From contig CM060732.1 of the NCBI GenBank assembly GCA_030704615.1, forward strand, positions 28,272,001 to 28,336,000: a stretch of DNA of 64,000 nucleotides, in the 5' to 3' direction. The position numbers and the translations under genes are program-made. This document shows, one piece after another, positions 13,601 through 25,883 of the stretch (its first letter is position 1; each line of letters begins with the position of its first letter). Under the pieces are notes generated by a model. The model ran no database searches and was not told where the DNA came from. It saw only the letters and a list, made by a program, of their open reading frames with translations. The stretch comes from Takakia lepidozioides (Eukaryota; Plantae; Bryophyta).

Positions 13601-14521
13601 GTACCTGAGCTGCTCTCTGTTCATCAAGGTTCTCATGGAATTGAAGTGGGTGCAGCTGTAAGCATTGCCAAACTCATTGACCTTTTGGAAGACTTTGCAC
13701 CCCTCAGCCCCATCTCTGGCGTAAATCAGACACAGGAAAATGGTAAAGCAAATGGAGGCACCCTGTCTTATGGGGAGAATGTGAGCAACTCCATACGTCT
13801 TGCTCTGGCAACTCACCTCAAGCAATTGGCCACAGGACATGTGCGCAACTGGGGGAGTGTGGGGGGTAATTTGGTGATGGCCCAGCAGTACTCTTTTGAT
13901 TCAGATCTAGCCACCATCCTCCTTGGAGCTGGGGTCAAAGTTAAAATTGTCTCAGAGGGAAAAACACATCCCATTATTGAATCTCTGAATCTGGACGAGT
14001 TTCTTGCAAAAGGGTTGCTGGATGATGGGAGTTTGTTGCAGTCAATTTGGATTCCGCTTGAGGATGAGGGTCCAGTTAGCAATGGTCATTTTGTCATCAA
14101 TGGTTCAGTCAATGGGAATGGGAAGGTCAGTGACGCTTCCAGTGACTCCAAAGTGGTGTTCAAGACCTTCCGGGCCTCACCACGGCCTATGGGCAATGCT
14201 GTCTCCTACGTGAATGCAGCTTTCTTTGCCCGTGTCTCTGACAATGGAGCAGGAAATGTGATCCAGAAGGTTCGGTTGGCATATGGTGCATTTGGGACAA
14301 AGCATGCCATTCGTGCACTGAAAGTTGAAGAGTTGATTACCAGCAAAGTTCTGACCCCAAGCCTGCTGCTGGAGGCTGTTTCTTTATTGAAGAAAGATGT
14401 TGTTCCGCGTGTTGGGACAACCAAGGCAGAGTTTCGTGTAAGCTCGGCTGTCGGGTTTCTGTTCGAATTTCTCAATCCTCTCCTCCCAGTCAATACCTCA
14501 CCTACAAGGCAACCGACTATG
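13601..14521 (+). CDS. AAO: Aldehyde oxidase exon 3 (FAD-binding domain)
   Basis: VPEL...GIEVGAAV...VRNWGSVGGNL...SDLATILL...FRASPRPMGNA...AYGAFGTKHAIRA; phase-0 splice sites at both ends. Confidence 0.92.
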
Positions 14522-14796
14522 GTAAGTGATCGGAGCCCCAGCACCTGCAATTTTATTATAATCTCCTTTTTCCAGTGCCTGTTGTTGTAGACGAGATTGT
14601 TTTCTTCAAATGGCATGGGAGAATTTTGGGAATTCTTTGAGGATGAAATTTCTGAACCAGCTGGAAGGAAAGGAATCCACATCCATGTTTCCGGTAGGAA
14701 AGATGAAGCTATTCAATGGAATGGGTACTCATGGCCCTAGACCTGAAAGTATGAAAGACTAGATCACTATGTGCACCTCTCTTTGCTAGTTGGAGA

Positions 14797-14864
14797 TTTC
14801 CGCTCAAACTGGGCGCGGGGTCAATGGCCACAAGGCTACGGCAAACAACGTCTTATGAGTACAT
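14797..14864 (+). mobile_element. Ultra-short (68 bp) LINE family A insertion in AO intron 3
   Basis: Same 3' end as the 13066 copy; 17-bp TSD TCTTTGCTAGTTGGAGA (14780-14796, 14865-14881). Confidence 0.9.
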
Positions 14865-15160
14865 TCTTTGCTAGTTGGAGAAGCTTGAGTCAAGCTTGTG
14901 GCCATCCAGTGTTGTTCACAGTTTGGAGTTAGTATGAAATTGGTGGCATGTCGTATACAGCTTTCCTGAAAGTCTCTGGTAGGGCTGAGTTCTCTCAAGG
15001 TTCATCTCCACTTCTGAAGGAGCATTTTGAGATGAGGCATCTTGCTGTCGTCCTGTCCCTCTTCTTCTGTGCACCGTTAAAACTATGCAGAGGATGTATG
15101 GCCACAAGGTGCAGCAAGCAATGTATAAGGATCAAAATTTTCTTGCTTCTGGTTTCGCAG

Positions 15161-15257
15161 GCCCGTCACAGCGGAAGGCAGATCATCACGGTGACTGATG
15201 AGCATTTCCCAGTAAACCAACCTGCACCCAAGGTTTTTGCTGAACTCCAAGCATCTG
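15161..15257 (+). CDS. AAO: Aldehyde oxidase exon 4
   Basis: SGRQ...EHFPVNQP..K..AELQASG; CAG acceptor and phase-1 GT donor. Confidence 0.85.
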
Positions 15258-15267
15258 GTACCCTCTC

Positions 15268-15525
15268 TTGCCCTCTATACTACGAGATCCGTGGGAGATT
15301 CCACTGTTTATTCAGTGGAACCCAAACTCTCACTGATGTCTTTCACTATGAGGATCAAAAATGCTTGGCAGCCTACCTACACGAGGCCTTCACCCTTAGA
15401 CAATCGCTAGAACATTAATTGTGGTTTCTGGATTTGTTCCTCTCTCATGTTTTCTTCCATTTTGTCCCATAAGCTCTACGAGCTTTCCGCGGACGTTATA
15501 AAGCACCATTTCCATTTCCATTTCT
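15268..15525 (+). mobile_element. LINE family B 3' fragment in AO intron 4
   Basis: Encodes CPLYYEIRGRFHCLF...YEDQKCLAAYL..AF.LR (ORF2 C-terminus) plus the shared 3' UTR. Confidence 0.8.
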
Positions 15526-15664
15526 CTTGGTGTAACTATGCCCATCCTTGTGTTCTTGTACTGTAGTTAAGGTTCCTCCAAATGGCACTACTTAAGGCTT
15601 TGGCCTGTCCAGGATGGCAGGGTCAAACATTCTGAAAGGAAATGTTTTGGATTTCTTATTGCAG

Positions 15665-15924
15665 GAGAAGCTATATATGTTGACGATATTCCATCACCAG
15701 AGAATTGCCTACACGCTGCATTTGTATATAGTGAGGAGCCCTTGGCGAAGATAAAGGGTGTGACTGCAAATTCCGCCCTGGGGTCTGTAGGTGCAGTGGC
15801 GTATGTCTCTGCTAGTGACATTCCCCCTGGCGGAAAGAATGTGGGAGTTGCACATGCCTTCAGTACAGAGACCCTCTTTGCTACAGATCTTGTGGAGTGT
15901 GTCGGTCAACTTTTGGGAGTTGTG
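15665..15924 (+). CDS. AAO: Aldehyde oxidase exon 5 (a/b hammerhead domain)
   Basis: GEAIYVDDIPSPENCLHAAFVYS...DIPPGGKNVG...LFA..LVECVGQLLGVV. Confidence 0.9.
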
Positions 15925-16295
15925 GTACTTTCCACTAACCTGAAGTACAAGATTGCTATACTTTGGGAGGGTGGCCAGGAGGAAGAGGGTGCTAGAGCTG
16001 CGTGGGGGAGATTGCTTCACTTCAAAGTTTGCCTTTTAACAGTCTTGGGAGAACTGCCATCACTATACGAAAGCATAGAATGAAGCTGGTATCTCGTGAC
16101 CCCACCTTAAGCAGACGTGCAGATGTCAATTCAAATTAGCAGATTTGTCTGGAGAGTGGACTCTCACATCACCCAATCTCGCACTCATTTCAGGAAAAGA
16201 GCAGGAAGATTCAGGACTGCAAAATAATATTGACAAAATTATGTCTCCCCCTCAATACTGTTGTAACATGGGATATAGTGCGTTTGTCTTGGCAG

Positions 16296-16511
16296 GTTGC
16301 AGACACATATGACCATGCTAGAACTGCTGCAGCCAAAGTCAGCATAGACTACGATACACATAGTGTTGGACCCGCTGTCCTCTCTGTGGAGGATGCGGTC
16401 TCTCAAAAATCCTTATTTGATCCCCACTGGTATGTAGCCCCTGAGCTGCACCCTGTAGGAGATGTCGCAAAGGGTCTTGCAGAGGCGGACTTCAAGATTG
16501 AAGGGGCTGAG
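16296..16511 (+). CDS. AAO: Aldehyde oxidase exon 6
   Basis: VADTYDHARTAA...LSVEDAV...VGDVAKGLAEAD; GTAAGT donor. Confidence 0.9.
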
Positions 16512-16809
16512 GTAAGTATTTTTCAAGCCATCATCACTCTCTCTTGCATGGCTAGGTGAGCAGTTTAGGAATCCCCCTTATGTTTTTAAGTATGTGTCAA
16601 GGAATGAACACTCAACCATCTGTAACAAGATGGTCGTTGGCTCTGCACTACTTGGAATTTGGGGTGCTCTAGTCTCATACACACTGGTGAAACCCCATGG
16701 AGGATATGTTCCCCTGGGATGAGACCCTCAAGGGTGCCATAGGCAATATTTGGAAGAACGGTTTATGATTACACTATCTCTCTCTTGCTCTCTTACTCTC
16801 TTCTCTCTT

Positions 16810-17243
16810 GCGGACGTTATGAAGTACCATTTCATTTCATTTCTCTCTTGCTCAACACACACACGCACATTACCTGCAACGGGAGGACCACCTATGTCCA
16901 GCTTGCATAGGGCGCAGCAGGGAAAATTGAAACTGAAGAACAGTTCTTCTATTGCCCTCTATACTACGAGATCCGTGGGAGATTCCACTGTTTATTACGT
17001 GGAACCCAATCTCTCACTGAAGTCTTCCACTATGAGGATCAGAAATGCCTGGCGCTTACCTGCACGAGGCCTTCACCCTTAGACAATCACTCGAACAACA
17101 GTTCTTATTCTTGGCTTTGGTTTTGTTTCCTCTCTCAGGTTTTCTTCCATTTTGTCCCATAAGCTCTATGAGCTTTCCACGGACGTTATAAAGCACCATT
17201 TCATTGCATTTCTCTCTTGCTCAACCCACACACGCACATTACT
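16810..17243 (+). mobile_element. LINE family B 3' fragments (tandem or nested) in AO intron 6
   Basis: Family B tail occurs twice, each followed by TCTCTCTTGCTCAAC.CACACACGCACATTAC (~16842-16873 and ~17211-17243). Confidence 0.75.
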
Positions 17244-17368
17244 AATGCTTTTTGTTAGGAGGATTTCATTTTGTTCAACCAGAATTGTCAGCAGTTCTGT
17301 TATTTGCACTGGTTTTATTTTAAGCACAGGGGTTGTTGAAACCAAATTTGATGTGGGACATTGTACAG

Positions 17369-17587
17369 GTATCCACACCATCCCAGAATCATTTTTACAT
17401 GGAGACACAAACAGCTCTAGTTGTGCCAGATGAGGATGGATGCTTTGTGGTGTACTGCTGTACCCAGGTCCCTGAGACTGTGCAAGTGACCGTAGCTGCC
17501 TGCCTAGGACTTCCTGTGCACAACGTCCGTGTCATTACTCGCCGACTTGGTGGTGCATTTGGAGGCAAAGCGTTTCGGAACATGCCT
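17369..17587 (+). CDS. AAO: Aldehyde oxidase exon 7 (Moco-binding)
   Basis: SQNHFYMETQTALVVPDED...HNVRVITRRLGGAFGGKA. Confidence 0.92.
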
Positions 17588-17649
17588 GTGAGAGCCATTA
17601 ACTTGCTTTTGATTTAGTCCTGTATAGATTTGTCTGTCATGTGTCCCCT

Positions 17650-18300
17650 CCAAACCCCCCAGTCAAATTTCCATCCAAATTGTGCACGGGGTCCTGTGTC
17701 CGAATCACAGGGGCTTCGAAGATAGTCAATCAGTACCCGTCTCTAAGCTCCTTTGGGCCTACCAGTGGAAAGTGCTTTGTTGCAAAAACAATTAAACTGC
17801 CTATCTGGATACATTCTCGAGCAGTCCTCCATGCCGATAGAATCTTGCGGCCGGATTACCTGTCTGCAGCTCTATCTCCCTCTTTCCCAAGTGCACTGTG
17901 GAGGTTTAGGGGGGGCTCCCGCAGTTTGTGGAAAGAGACTGGTAGGTGGGAAAATCTGCAACACGAAGACCGACTATGCTCCGCTTGTGCTGGGAACTCC
18001 AGGGAAATTGAAAGTGAAGAATCTTTCTTCTTTCAGTGCCCTTTATACTAAGAGATCCGTGGGAGATTCAACTGTTTATTCTCGGATACCCAATCTCTCA
18101 CAGGTCTTCCATTATGAGGATCAGAAATGCTTTGCAGCTTACCACTTGAAGCATTGACTCTTTGGCAATCCCTTGAGCTTTAGTTGCTTTTGGGCTGTTT
18201 TTGTCCCCTCTCTCTTTCTTGTTTCTTGTTTTCTCTTGTCCCATAAGCTCTTTGAACTTCCTGCAGACGTTATAAAATACCTTTTCATTTCATTTCTGTC
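17650..18300 (+). mobile_element. LINE family B 3' fragment with C-terminal zinc-knuckle region in AO intron 7
   Basis: ALWRFRGGS..L..ETGRW....EDRLC..C.....IESEE.FFF.CPLY, then the shared 3' UTR. Confidence 0.8.
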
Positions 18301-18581
18301 TCTCATTGGGCAACATTTGGTGTAGTCTGCTGTGGGTTTCTTCTTATTCTACTTCATCCCATGGCACTAGGGGATCTCATCCTCTCTCAGAGTGTGCTAC
18401 AACTAACATCAAGTGTTTTGAATGCAATCTACCATTCCTCGTTGAATCCTGTTCTGTCCCATGTTCCCTCCACCATAACACTCCATATATATATGTGCTG
18501 GAATTTTATGACCATACTTCCAGTTTCTTAAATTGTGTTATGACTGAAAAGTCTTTGTCCCTTTTACTCCCTGTTCTCCAG

Positions 18582-19325
18582 ATTACAGTTGCATGTGCAC
18601 TGGCTGCCTACAAGTTGAATAGGCCTGTGCGGTTCTCACTCGGAACACAGACATGATTTTGATTGGCGGACGCAGCCCTACAAAAACCACCTTTACTGTG
18701 GGATTCACGGCAGATGGGAAAGTTACAGCCCTCAAAGCTCATGTTTTGATTGAGGCAGGTTGGTCTCCAGATATGAGTATCATAATACCTGGCAGTATTT
18801 CGAGTGCCATGAAGAAATACAATTGGGGGGCCTCGGATGTTACTATCCAAGTGTGTAAAACTAATTCGGCCACCAAGACTGCCATGCGAGCTCCTGGTGA
18901 TGTGCAGGGGTCCTTCATTGCAGATGCAATAATTGAGCATGTGGCCGCAGCACTGGGCATGGATGCACAAAAAGTGCGGGAGAAAAACTTTCATGATGCT
19001 TCAAGTATTGAAAAGTTCTGTGGGGCTGACAAAGTAGGCAGGCTACACTTTAGCCCTGATGTGGGAGAAGCTGAAGGCTTCTGCCAACTGGGAATTCAAA
19101 GAGAAAGAAGTGCAGGCCTTCAACTCTCAATCAAAATGGGCTAAGCGTGGCCTGGCTATGATCCCATGCATCTATGCACTGGGTGCGAGTCCCTCTGTCG
19201 CGACAGTAAGCATTTTCCAGGATGGCTCCATTGCAGCAGAGGTGGGGGGAGTGGAAATGGGGCAAGGGCTCTACACGAAAGTGAAACAGACAATAGCCTT
19301 TGGTCTCAGTAAACTATGGCCACAG
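18582..19325 (+). CDS. AAO: Aldehyde oxidase exon 8 (Moco-binding; two frameshifts)
   Basis: ACALAAYKLNRPVR / DMILIGGR...KKYNWG...AMRAPGDVQGSFIA / MWEKL...KRGLAMIP...GGVEMGQGLYTKVKQ split over three ORFs. Confidence 0.88.
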
Positions 19326-19706
19326 GTGAGATTGCACCCCAGAAACCATGAGCGCAACTTACTGGATTTTTTGAGTAGAATTGCCCATGCAGAATTAGCA
19401 TGTCCCCCATTTTCCGACGTGGTGACAGTGTCCTCCACGACGTGATTTGTGTTCCCTATATGGGGATCAATGAATGAATGAGGAAGGTATCAAGTGTTTC
19501 TAATTTAGAACATGGACACTGCACTGTACTTTGCAAAAGGGAAACATAAGACTAGGAAGCATACTCTGTGTAGACAGCAAGATTTCGCCAAAGACTTACA
19601 GTGCATTCACTGATCACCTGGCTCTGGAGCCTCCGATCTACGGCATTTTGCATCTTTGCATCATGTTGTTATGAAAATGACATGAGCCTGTGGCCTGCTG
19701 TTGATG

Positions 19707-20428
19707 GTTGCTAATACGTTCTTGAGTGGTTTGGTGTAGGAATTTAGGGGCGCTCCCAAGTGGAGAGCGGTTCCCCAATGCTCCCGGCATAAAAGGACGT
19801 TCCCAGGGCATTCCCCTGGGACCTTGAGGGTAATTTAGTTAGCTCCAGCATCCTACGATGATTCTCTATTTCTACGAATTTCATGCATTTGTAAGAATAT
19901 TTTAATGATTTGTTTTTATTATTTAGCATGGTAATTCGCCTTATTTAAGGGATTTTATCCGGACCCCCTTAACTTAAAAACACGAGTTTAAAGGCGACAT
20001 CGTCCCCTTCCACCGAGGATATTTGAAGTCAAGTACCCGACCGTTGGGGGGGGCTTGGGCCAAGGAATGGCCATTGTTATTAGATCACGGGAATTACCTA
20101 GAGGTTTGAATTGTTATCATTCATCCGATGGACTGACCATTTATGTTGCATTTTGGGATCGCGCTAAGCAAGAGACACTGACTTGGGAAAGCGAACCGGT
20201 CCCTTCCTAGGAGGTAGGACACACAACCACCTCGGGATTTAGGGGGGGGGGGGGGCATTGGGCGGGAGATAGATGGCCTCCATCTCCCTGGGCTCGGGAG
20301 TCGTTTTGTGAAGGGATTTGAAGGGTCGTCCCAGCTATAAGCGTGTTGGGAGTCCAGGCATGTAGGAAGTAGTAATAAAACAAAGACTTGGAAGGCAATT
20401 ACGATTAAAGACGTAGAAAACCCATAAA
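19707..20428. repeat. Partial copy of the LTR at 20765-22849
   Basis: ~720-bp direct repeat of 21917-22624, highly similar by eye. Confidence 0.8.
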
Positions 20429-20764
20429 CGTAGGGCTCAAGGGCTCAAGGCCGTGTGGCCATTTGAGGCAAAAAGCAGAGGGAACGCTCCATGAAGTGGG
20501 AGAATTGAAGACGAGTAGGAGTGCCGGAGGATGACCAAGCTTGAGTACCATTCTATCGAGCGATTTGGTGCATCCCAAGCACCACTTGTTTTGGAAGGTG
20601 ACTCACCATACATTCTTGACCTTTGAATTCATTCATTTCATTTGCTGTTCAAGCTTTGTCCAAGGAAAGGACCTTATAAGCATTGTTTGCTAAAAATCTA
20701 TAAAAACTAACCCTCTTTCAAAGAGGATGTGAGGAGGATGTGTGTGCATCTCTATGTACATGTG

Positions 20765-22849
20765 TGACGAGCACATGTGTGAAGCTCCAGGAGACAGGGC
20801 CTTAGGAATCTAACCCAATTACGTCATGGAAGTGAAGGTAGATGTCCATTATTATGTTTAAGGAGAGGGTGAGCTTGCATGAAGTGACGAAGGTCTTGTC
20901 AAATTTCCCTTTCTAGCTTAGTGGCGACGATCATATTGCATGAGATGGCGAAGCTATCGCCAAAATTTCCATATTATTACGATCATATCTATGATTCATA
21001 AACCCCCTGGCCATAGAGGACCATGGGAGGCGTTGCTAACTAACTTATATGTGGTTAAGCTATTTTGTAGAGGGCTGCCAAAAAAGGGAGAGCCCGGCAC
21101 TTAAGTGCTGGCGCCTTAGGCGCCTTTGGGTTGGAGGTCAACCGAGGAGGGTGCCTAGAATCGCCATAGAGTGGCGCATCTAACACGGGTGGCGCGGCCT
21201 GCCCCCGTGGGGGGAGTTGACCCCTGGAGCAAAGTATGTTCACTGGTGCCATGTGTGGCAGCACCAGGCGCCATAGCTTGGCCCGCGTAGGTACGGCACG
21301 AGCGGCAGAGACGATGAGCCTGCCTATTACCCGCTGGACCCGCGCCGGCGGCGGGCCAGCCATGCCGTGCCACATAGCGCTGGCCGCAGGGTATCAGTCT
21401 TAACCGTTAGGTAATTCGCTGGACCCCACCAGGGACTGTTGGTCCTTGGATCGGGTATTTTAAGGGGGGTTTTCTCCTTATGCATTTGATTTCTTATGCA
21501 CTCTTCATGATATTCTTCTTGCATGAGAATAAGGGTGTGTTTTAGTGAGGGATAAGAAATAGTTGGAACCATTGGATAGGCCCCAGCGAGGCCATCAGTT
21601 TGATATGTATTCCGGGGTTTGTGAAAGCACGGCTCACGGGTAGTTGCCACAGGTAGAGAGAGTGAGCCCAGAGACAGGGAGGAGAGAATCCTTGGTGGGG
21701 TTTCACAAGGTAGAATATGACATGTTTCAACTTCGTTCTAGGCTGGTTGCCTGCATAAATTAATTAGATTATATTTGGAAGTAGGTGGGAGAGGCGCAAG
21801 GAATGGACCCTGGGACCCACTGAATGTTTAATCATTGTTTACACACCAGGGTGGCGAGCAGATGAGAAACTGATGGGCAACAGATGTCATTCATCCTGGC
21901 CTGGTGATGGTTTAAGTTGCTAATGCGTACTTGAGTGGTTTGGTGTAGGAATTTAGGGGCGCTCCCAAGTGGAGAGCGGTTCCCCAATGCTCTCGGCATA
22001 AAGGGGCGTTCCCCTAGGACCTTGAGGGTAATTTAGTTAGCTCCAACATCCTACAATGATTCTCTATTTCTTCGAATTTCATGCATTTGTAGGAATATTT
22101 TAATGATTTGTCTTTATTATTTAGCAAGGTAATTCGCCTTATTTAATGGATTTTATCCGGACCCCCTTAACTTAAAAACGCAATTTTAAGGGCGGCATCG
22201 CCCCCTTCCGCCCAGGATATTTGAAGTCAAGTACCCGAACGTTGGGGCGGGGCCTTGGGCCAATGAACGGTCATTGTTATTAGATCTCGGGAATTGCCTA
22301 GAGGTTTGAATTGTTATCATTCACCCGATGGACTGACCATTGAGGTTGCATTTTGGGATCGCGCTAAGCAGGAGACACTGACTTGGGAAAGCGGATCTGG
22401 TCCCTTCCTAGGAGATATGACACACATCCACCTCGGGATTTAAGGGGGGACATTGGGCGGGAGATAGATGATCCCCATCTCCCTGGGCTCGGGATTCGTT
22501 TTGTGAAGGGATTTGAAGGGTCGTCCCGGCTATAAGCGTGTTGGGAGTCCAGGTATGTAGGAAGTAGTAATAAAACAAAGACTTGGAAGGCAATTACGAT
22601 TAAAGATGTAGAAAACCCATAAACAACACGTAGGACTAGGAAACGCAAATCGCCCTGTGAATTAGAGATGTTAAATTTTACTTGCCGGTATGAAGTTAGA
22701 CTATCTAGATCCGTCCATAGCTGCCACGGACCCCTGCACTTACCGCAGCCGGGATAGGCGGTTCGTTGAGCCCAACATACACCGCAACTTGCCACGACCC
22801 CCTAGGCTAGTATGCCGTCACCTTGGCCGCGCGCGACCAGGGCTCGTCA
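20765..22849. mobile_element. Solo LTR (~2.1 kb)
   Basis: TG...CA ends with an 8-bp inverted repeat TGACGAGC / GCTCGTCA; 5-bp flanks ATGTG / CTGTG (4/5 match); no gag/pol inside. Confidence 0.7.
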
Positions 22850-23109
22850 CTGTGGATGAGGGAAATAAGGATATGTGAGATCGAACATGAGCTTTGTGAA
22901 TGAAAATCCTACCATTTAGAGTTGTGGAAATTTGAGTGCACTATGGCGCACTCAGTTTTGTGCTGCAAAAAGAAGCACACAATGTGGAAGAGGAAGTAAC
23001 AGATGAGGTATTGAGTGAGTAGGGATGGAGTGCCTTCAATGTACTTCATTTCATAATTTGATATCCTGAAAAGGGTCCACAAATTGAGTGCGCCACCGCA
23101 CTCAATTCC

Positions 23110-23450
23110 AACAAGTTTCACAATGACAACTAATGTTTTTTCACCTCCTCTTCAGAAACAAACCCTAAATGAGCATTGATGATGACCATTTGATTTTTTT
23201 TCACCTCTTCTTCAATAACATAAACCTGAAGAAGTTTCACAATGACACCTCAATTTTTTTTCACCTCCTCTTCACAAAACTTGCCGTAAATAAGCATTGA
23301 TGATGACCATCTTATTTTTTTCACCTCTTCTTCAATAACAAAAACCTGAACAAGTTTCACAATGAGAGCTCATATTTTTCCACCTCCTCTTCACAAACAA
23401 AGCCTAAATAAGCATTTGATGATGACCGTCTGATTTTTTTTCACCCATTG
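23110..23450. repeat. ~120-bp tandem repeat (about 3 copies) in the CACTA TnpD intron
   Basis: CAAGTTTCACAATGAC...TTTTTTCACCTCCTCTTCA...GCATTGATGATGACC repeated. Confidence 0.8.
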
Positions 23451-23492
23451 GCAGAAATGAAACACACAGGATATGATAAGCAACATACTTAC

Positions 23493-25883
23493 TCAAGGAA
23501 TGGTTTCATGCAATCTGTGTTGTGCAAAATATACTCGTGTGCACTGTCTCGTTCTTGAATGGTGAGGACTCGTACACTTCCCCAATCCTTGAACCACCTC
23601 CCCACTAACTGAGTCTTCTTCATTGGAGTCCCACACCCTTCGGCTTGTAGCATGAAATTCAGCCATATACTCAGTTAGAAACCCTAGGGCCTCATCCAAA
23701 GCATACCCTTCCGCCATGCTCCCTTCAGGTCGGCTCATATTCCTTACATAGCCTTTTAATGTCTTCATATACCGTTCCATAGGATACATCCAACGGCTAG
23801 ACACGGGACCACACACCTCCAATTCGTCCACAAGGTGTATAAGCAAGTGAGTCATGATATCAAAAAATGACGGAGGGAATTCTTTCTCCAGCAGACACAT
23901 AGTGATTGCAACATCTTCTTTTAAGGCCGGTAGCTCAGTTGGATTAATGATCTTTGCACACACTTTTCGGAAGACTCGAGAAAGCCTCATAATTGCCATC
24001 CGTGGACCCTTTCCCAATACCCCTCGAATGCAAAGAGGTAAAATCTGCTACATCATTACATGGTAGTCATGGGTTTTCATTGTAGATAGTTTATTGTCAG
24101 CCACATGTTTTTGGAATGTGGCAGCATAACCTGTGGGGGCCTTTACTGCAGCCAATGTTTCCAAAAACATCACCTTCTCATCTTCAGTAAGAACATATGG
24201 GGCCAAAGGCTTCACCAACTTGTTCAGGTGAGAGGGATGGGGTCTCAACCACAAGTGTTCACGAATGACATTGAGTTCCATATCCTTCCTAGATGTGGCT
24301 GTGTCCTTCTCCCCAAGAATGGTTCTCAGCACATTCTCACACAAATTTTTTTCACAATGCATCACATCCAGTGTGTATCGGATGAGTAAGTCTTTCCAGT
24401 ATGGCAATTGGTTCAAAACAGTGACCCGTTTCATGCCATGTTCCTTTGAAGGGTCATGTTTTCCCCCCTCAGCCCCTCCCATTGCGAGATACAACTCTCT
24501 GGTTTTAGCCCGGTCAAATTGCTCACTTGCAGTGACCACCATAGGAGCTGTTCTATGTTCCACATGTCCATTAAAGTGGGACGAGTTATTCCTATAGGGA
24601 TGAACAGCAGGCAAGTATCTCCTATGACCAAGATACAAAACTTTTTTGCATGCCTTCGAGTACCTGGAATCAACATTAGGGCCGCAAGCTGGGCAGGCCT
24701 TGTATCCCCCGTGTGCGCATCCTGCTAGCAACCCATAAGCTGGAAAGTCGTGGATTGACCACATCAAGATGGCCCTCATGCGAAATGACTGTTGCCCCAC
24801 TAGGCTACTTCCATCCAATGCCTCCACACCAACTTCCCACAACAATTTTAGCTCATCCACAAGGGGCTGCAGATAAACATCTGCATTGTCATTTCCCACA
24901 GATTGTGGTCCAGGAATCAATAAAGCCAACATCGTGAAAAATGGCTTAGTACACAGCCAGGGTGGAAGATTATAGTTTACCAACATGACAGGCCAAGTTG
25001 ACCATTTGTTTGATTTATCACTGTAAGGATTGACACCATCCCATGCGAGACCCAATCGCAGATTTCTGGGGTCCGCTGCAAACTCAGGCCATTTTTGGTC
25101 AATGTGGGCCCAAGCCTTGTTGTCTGCTGGGTGCCTAACCAAGCCATCCAGACTTCGATTCTTAAAGTGCCATGACATTAACTCTGAGATGGATTTGGCT
25201 TTATACATTCGAAGCAACCTTGGAATGATAGGGAAATGTCGAAGGACCTTACGAGGTACTGGTGTCTTCGTACCCACCACATAACGACGTGCCTGACATT
25301 TTGGACAAACCTCCAAATTCTGAAGCTCCCTTCTGAACAACACACAGCCTTTCGGACATGCATGTATACTCTCGTAATGAAGCCCGAGTTCCATTATGAG
25401 TTGTTTTGCCTCATAGTGGGACTTTGGCAGGCAATTGTCTGCTGGCAACAGTTGTCTTCCTAACAATGTAAGGAGTTCATCGACAAAGGTGTTTGACACA
25501 CCATGGGTTTGACAAGCATTTAACAGCAGTAAGGTAGCAGACAATCGAGAAGAAGAACTCCCTACATATAAAGCCCTGGATGCCTCGTGCTCAAAACGTA
25601 AGGCACTCGCTGCACCACGATCACCATCGCTCTTCAGTCCACCATCAGTCTGCTCTGGCACTCCATCTGTGTCCCATTGGCCCTGTGTTCCATCTCCCGG
25701 TTCCTCATGTGCATCACCAGTTTGCACCCCATTATCTATAGTTGCGAATGTCTCCCGGAGCATTCTAAGCATGTCAAGATTACGATCCAAGGTATCATGA
25801 CCACCTGCAGGGCTGGTTTCCATTCTAAACCCCTCATGTTCGTCTCCAGAGTTTTCCTGCTTAGTACATATCAGACGCCACAT
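23493..25883 (-). mobile_element. tnpD: CACTA (En/Spm) TnpD transposase (Transposase_21 + DUF4218 type), disabled
   Basis: IHACPKGC.LF, KVLRHFPIIPRL, RHPAD..AW, DPRNLRLGLAWDG.NP, STWPV...YNLPPW, YLQPLVDEL, IHDFPAYG, LDVMHCEKN, KTHDYHV, FPPSFFDIMTHL, RWMYPMERYMK.LK. The two listed ORFs are in frame and separated only by a TAG at 24048-24050, probably from CAG. Confidence 0.95.

Larger units (their letters stand above)
11468..19325 (+). pseudogene. AAO: Aldehyde oxidase (molybdo-flavoenzyme, plant AO/AAO type), 8 exons, apparently disabled and 3'-incomplete in this window
   Basis: 2Fe-2S motifs ([14 protein letters not shown]; SQCGFCTPG; GNLCRCTGYRPI), FAD domain (LVVGNT; VRNWGSVGGNL), Moco domain (GEAIYVDDIP; FYMETQ; RRLGGAFGGK; MRAPGDVQGS; GGVEMGQGLYTK). 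GT-AG exons: 11468-11626, 12062-12885, 13601-14521, 15161-15257, 15665-15924, 16296-16511, 17369-17587, 18582-19325. Frameshifts at the exon1/2 junction, ~18640 and ~19038. Confidence 0.9.

Noticed and set aside
11468-19325. Xanthine dehydrogenase
   Set aside because: It has the plant-AO-type MRAPGDVQGS and FYMETQ motifs rather than XDH-type FRGFGGPQG and FYLE.
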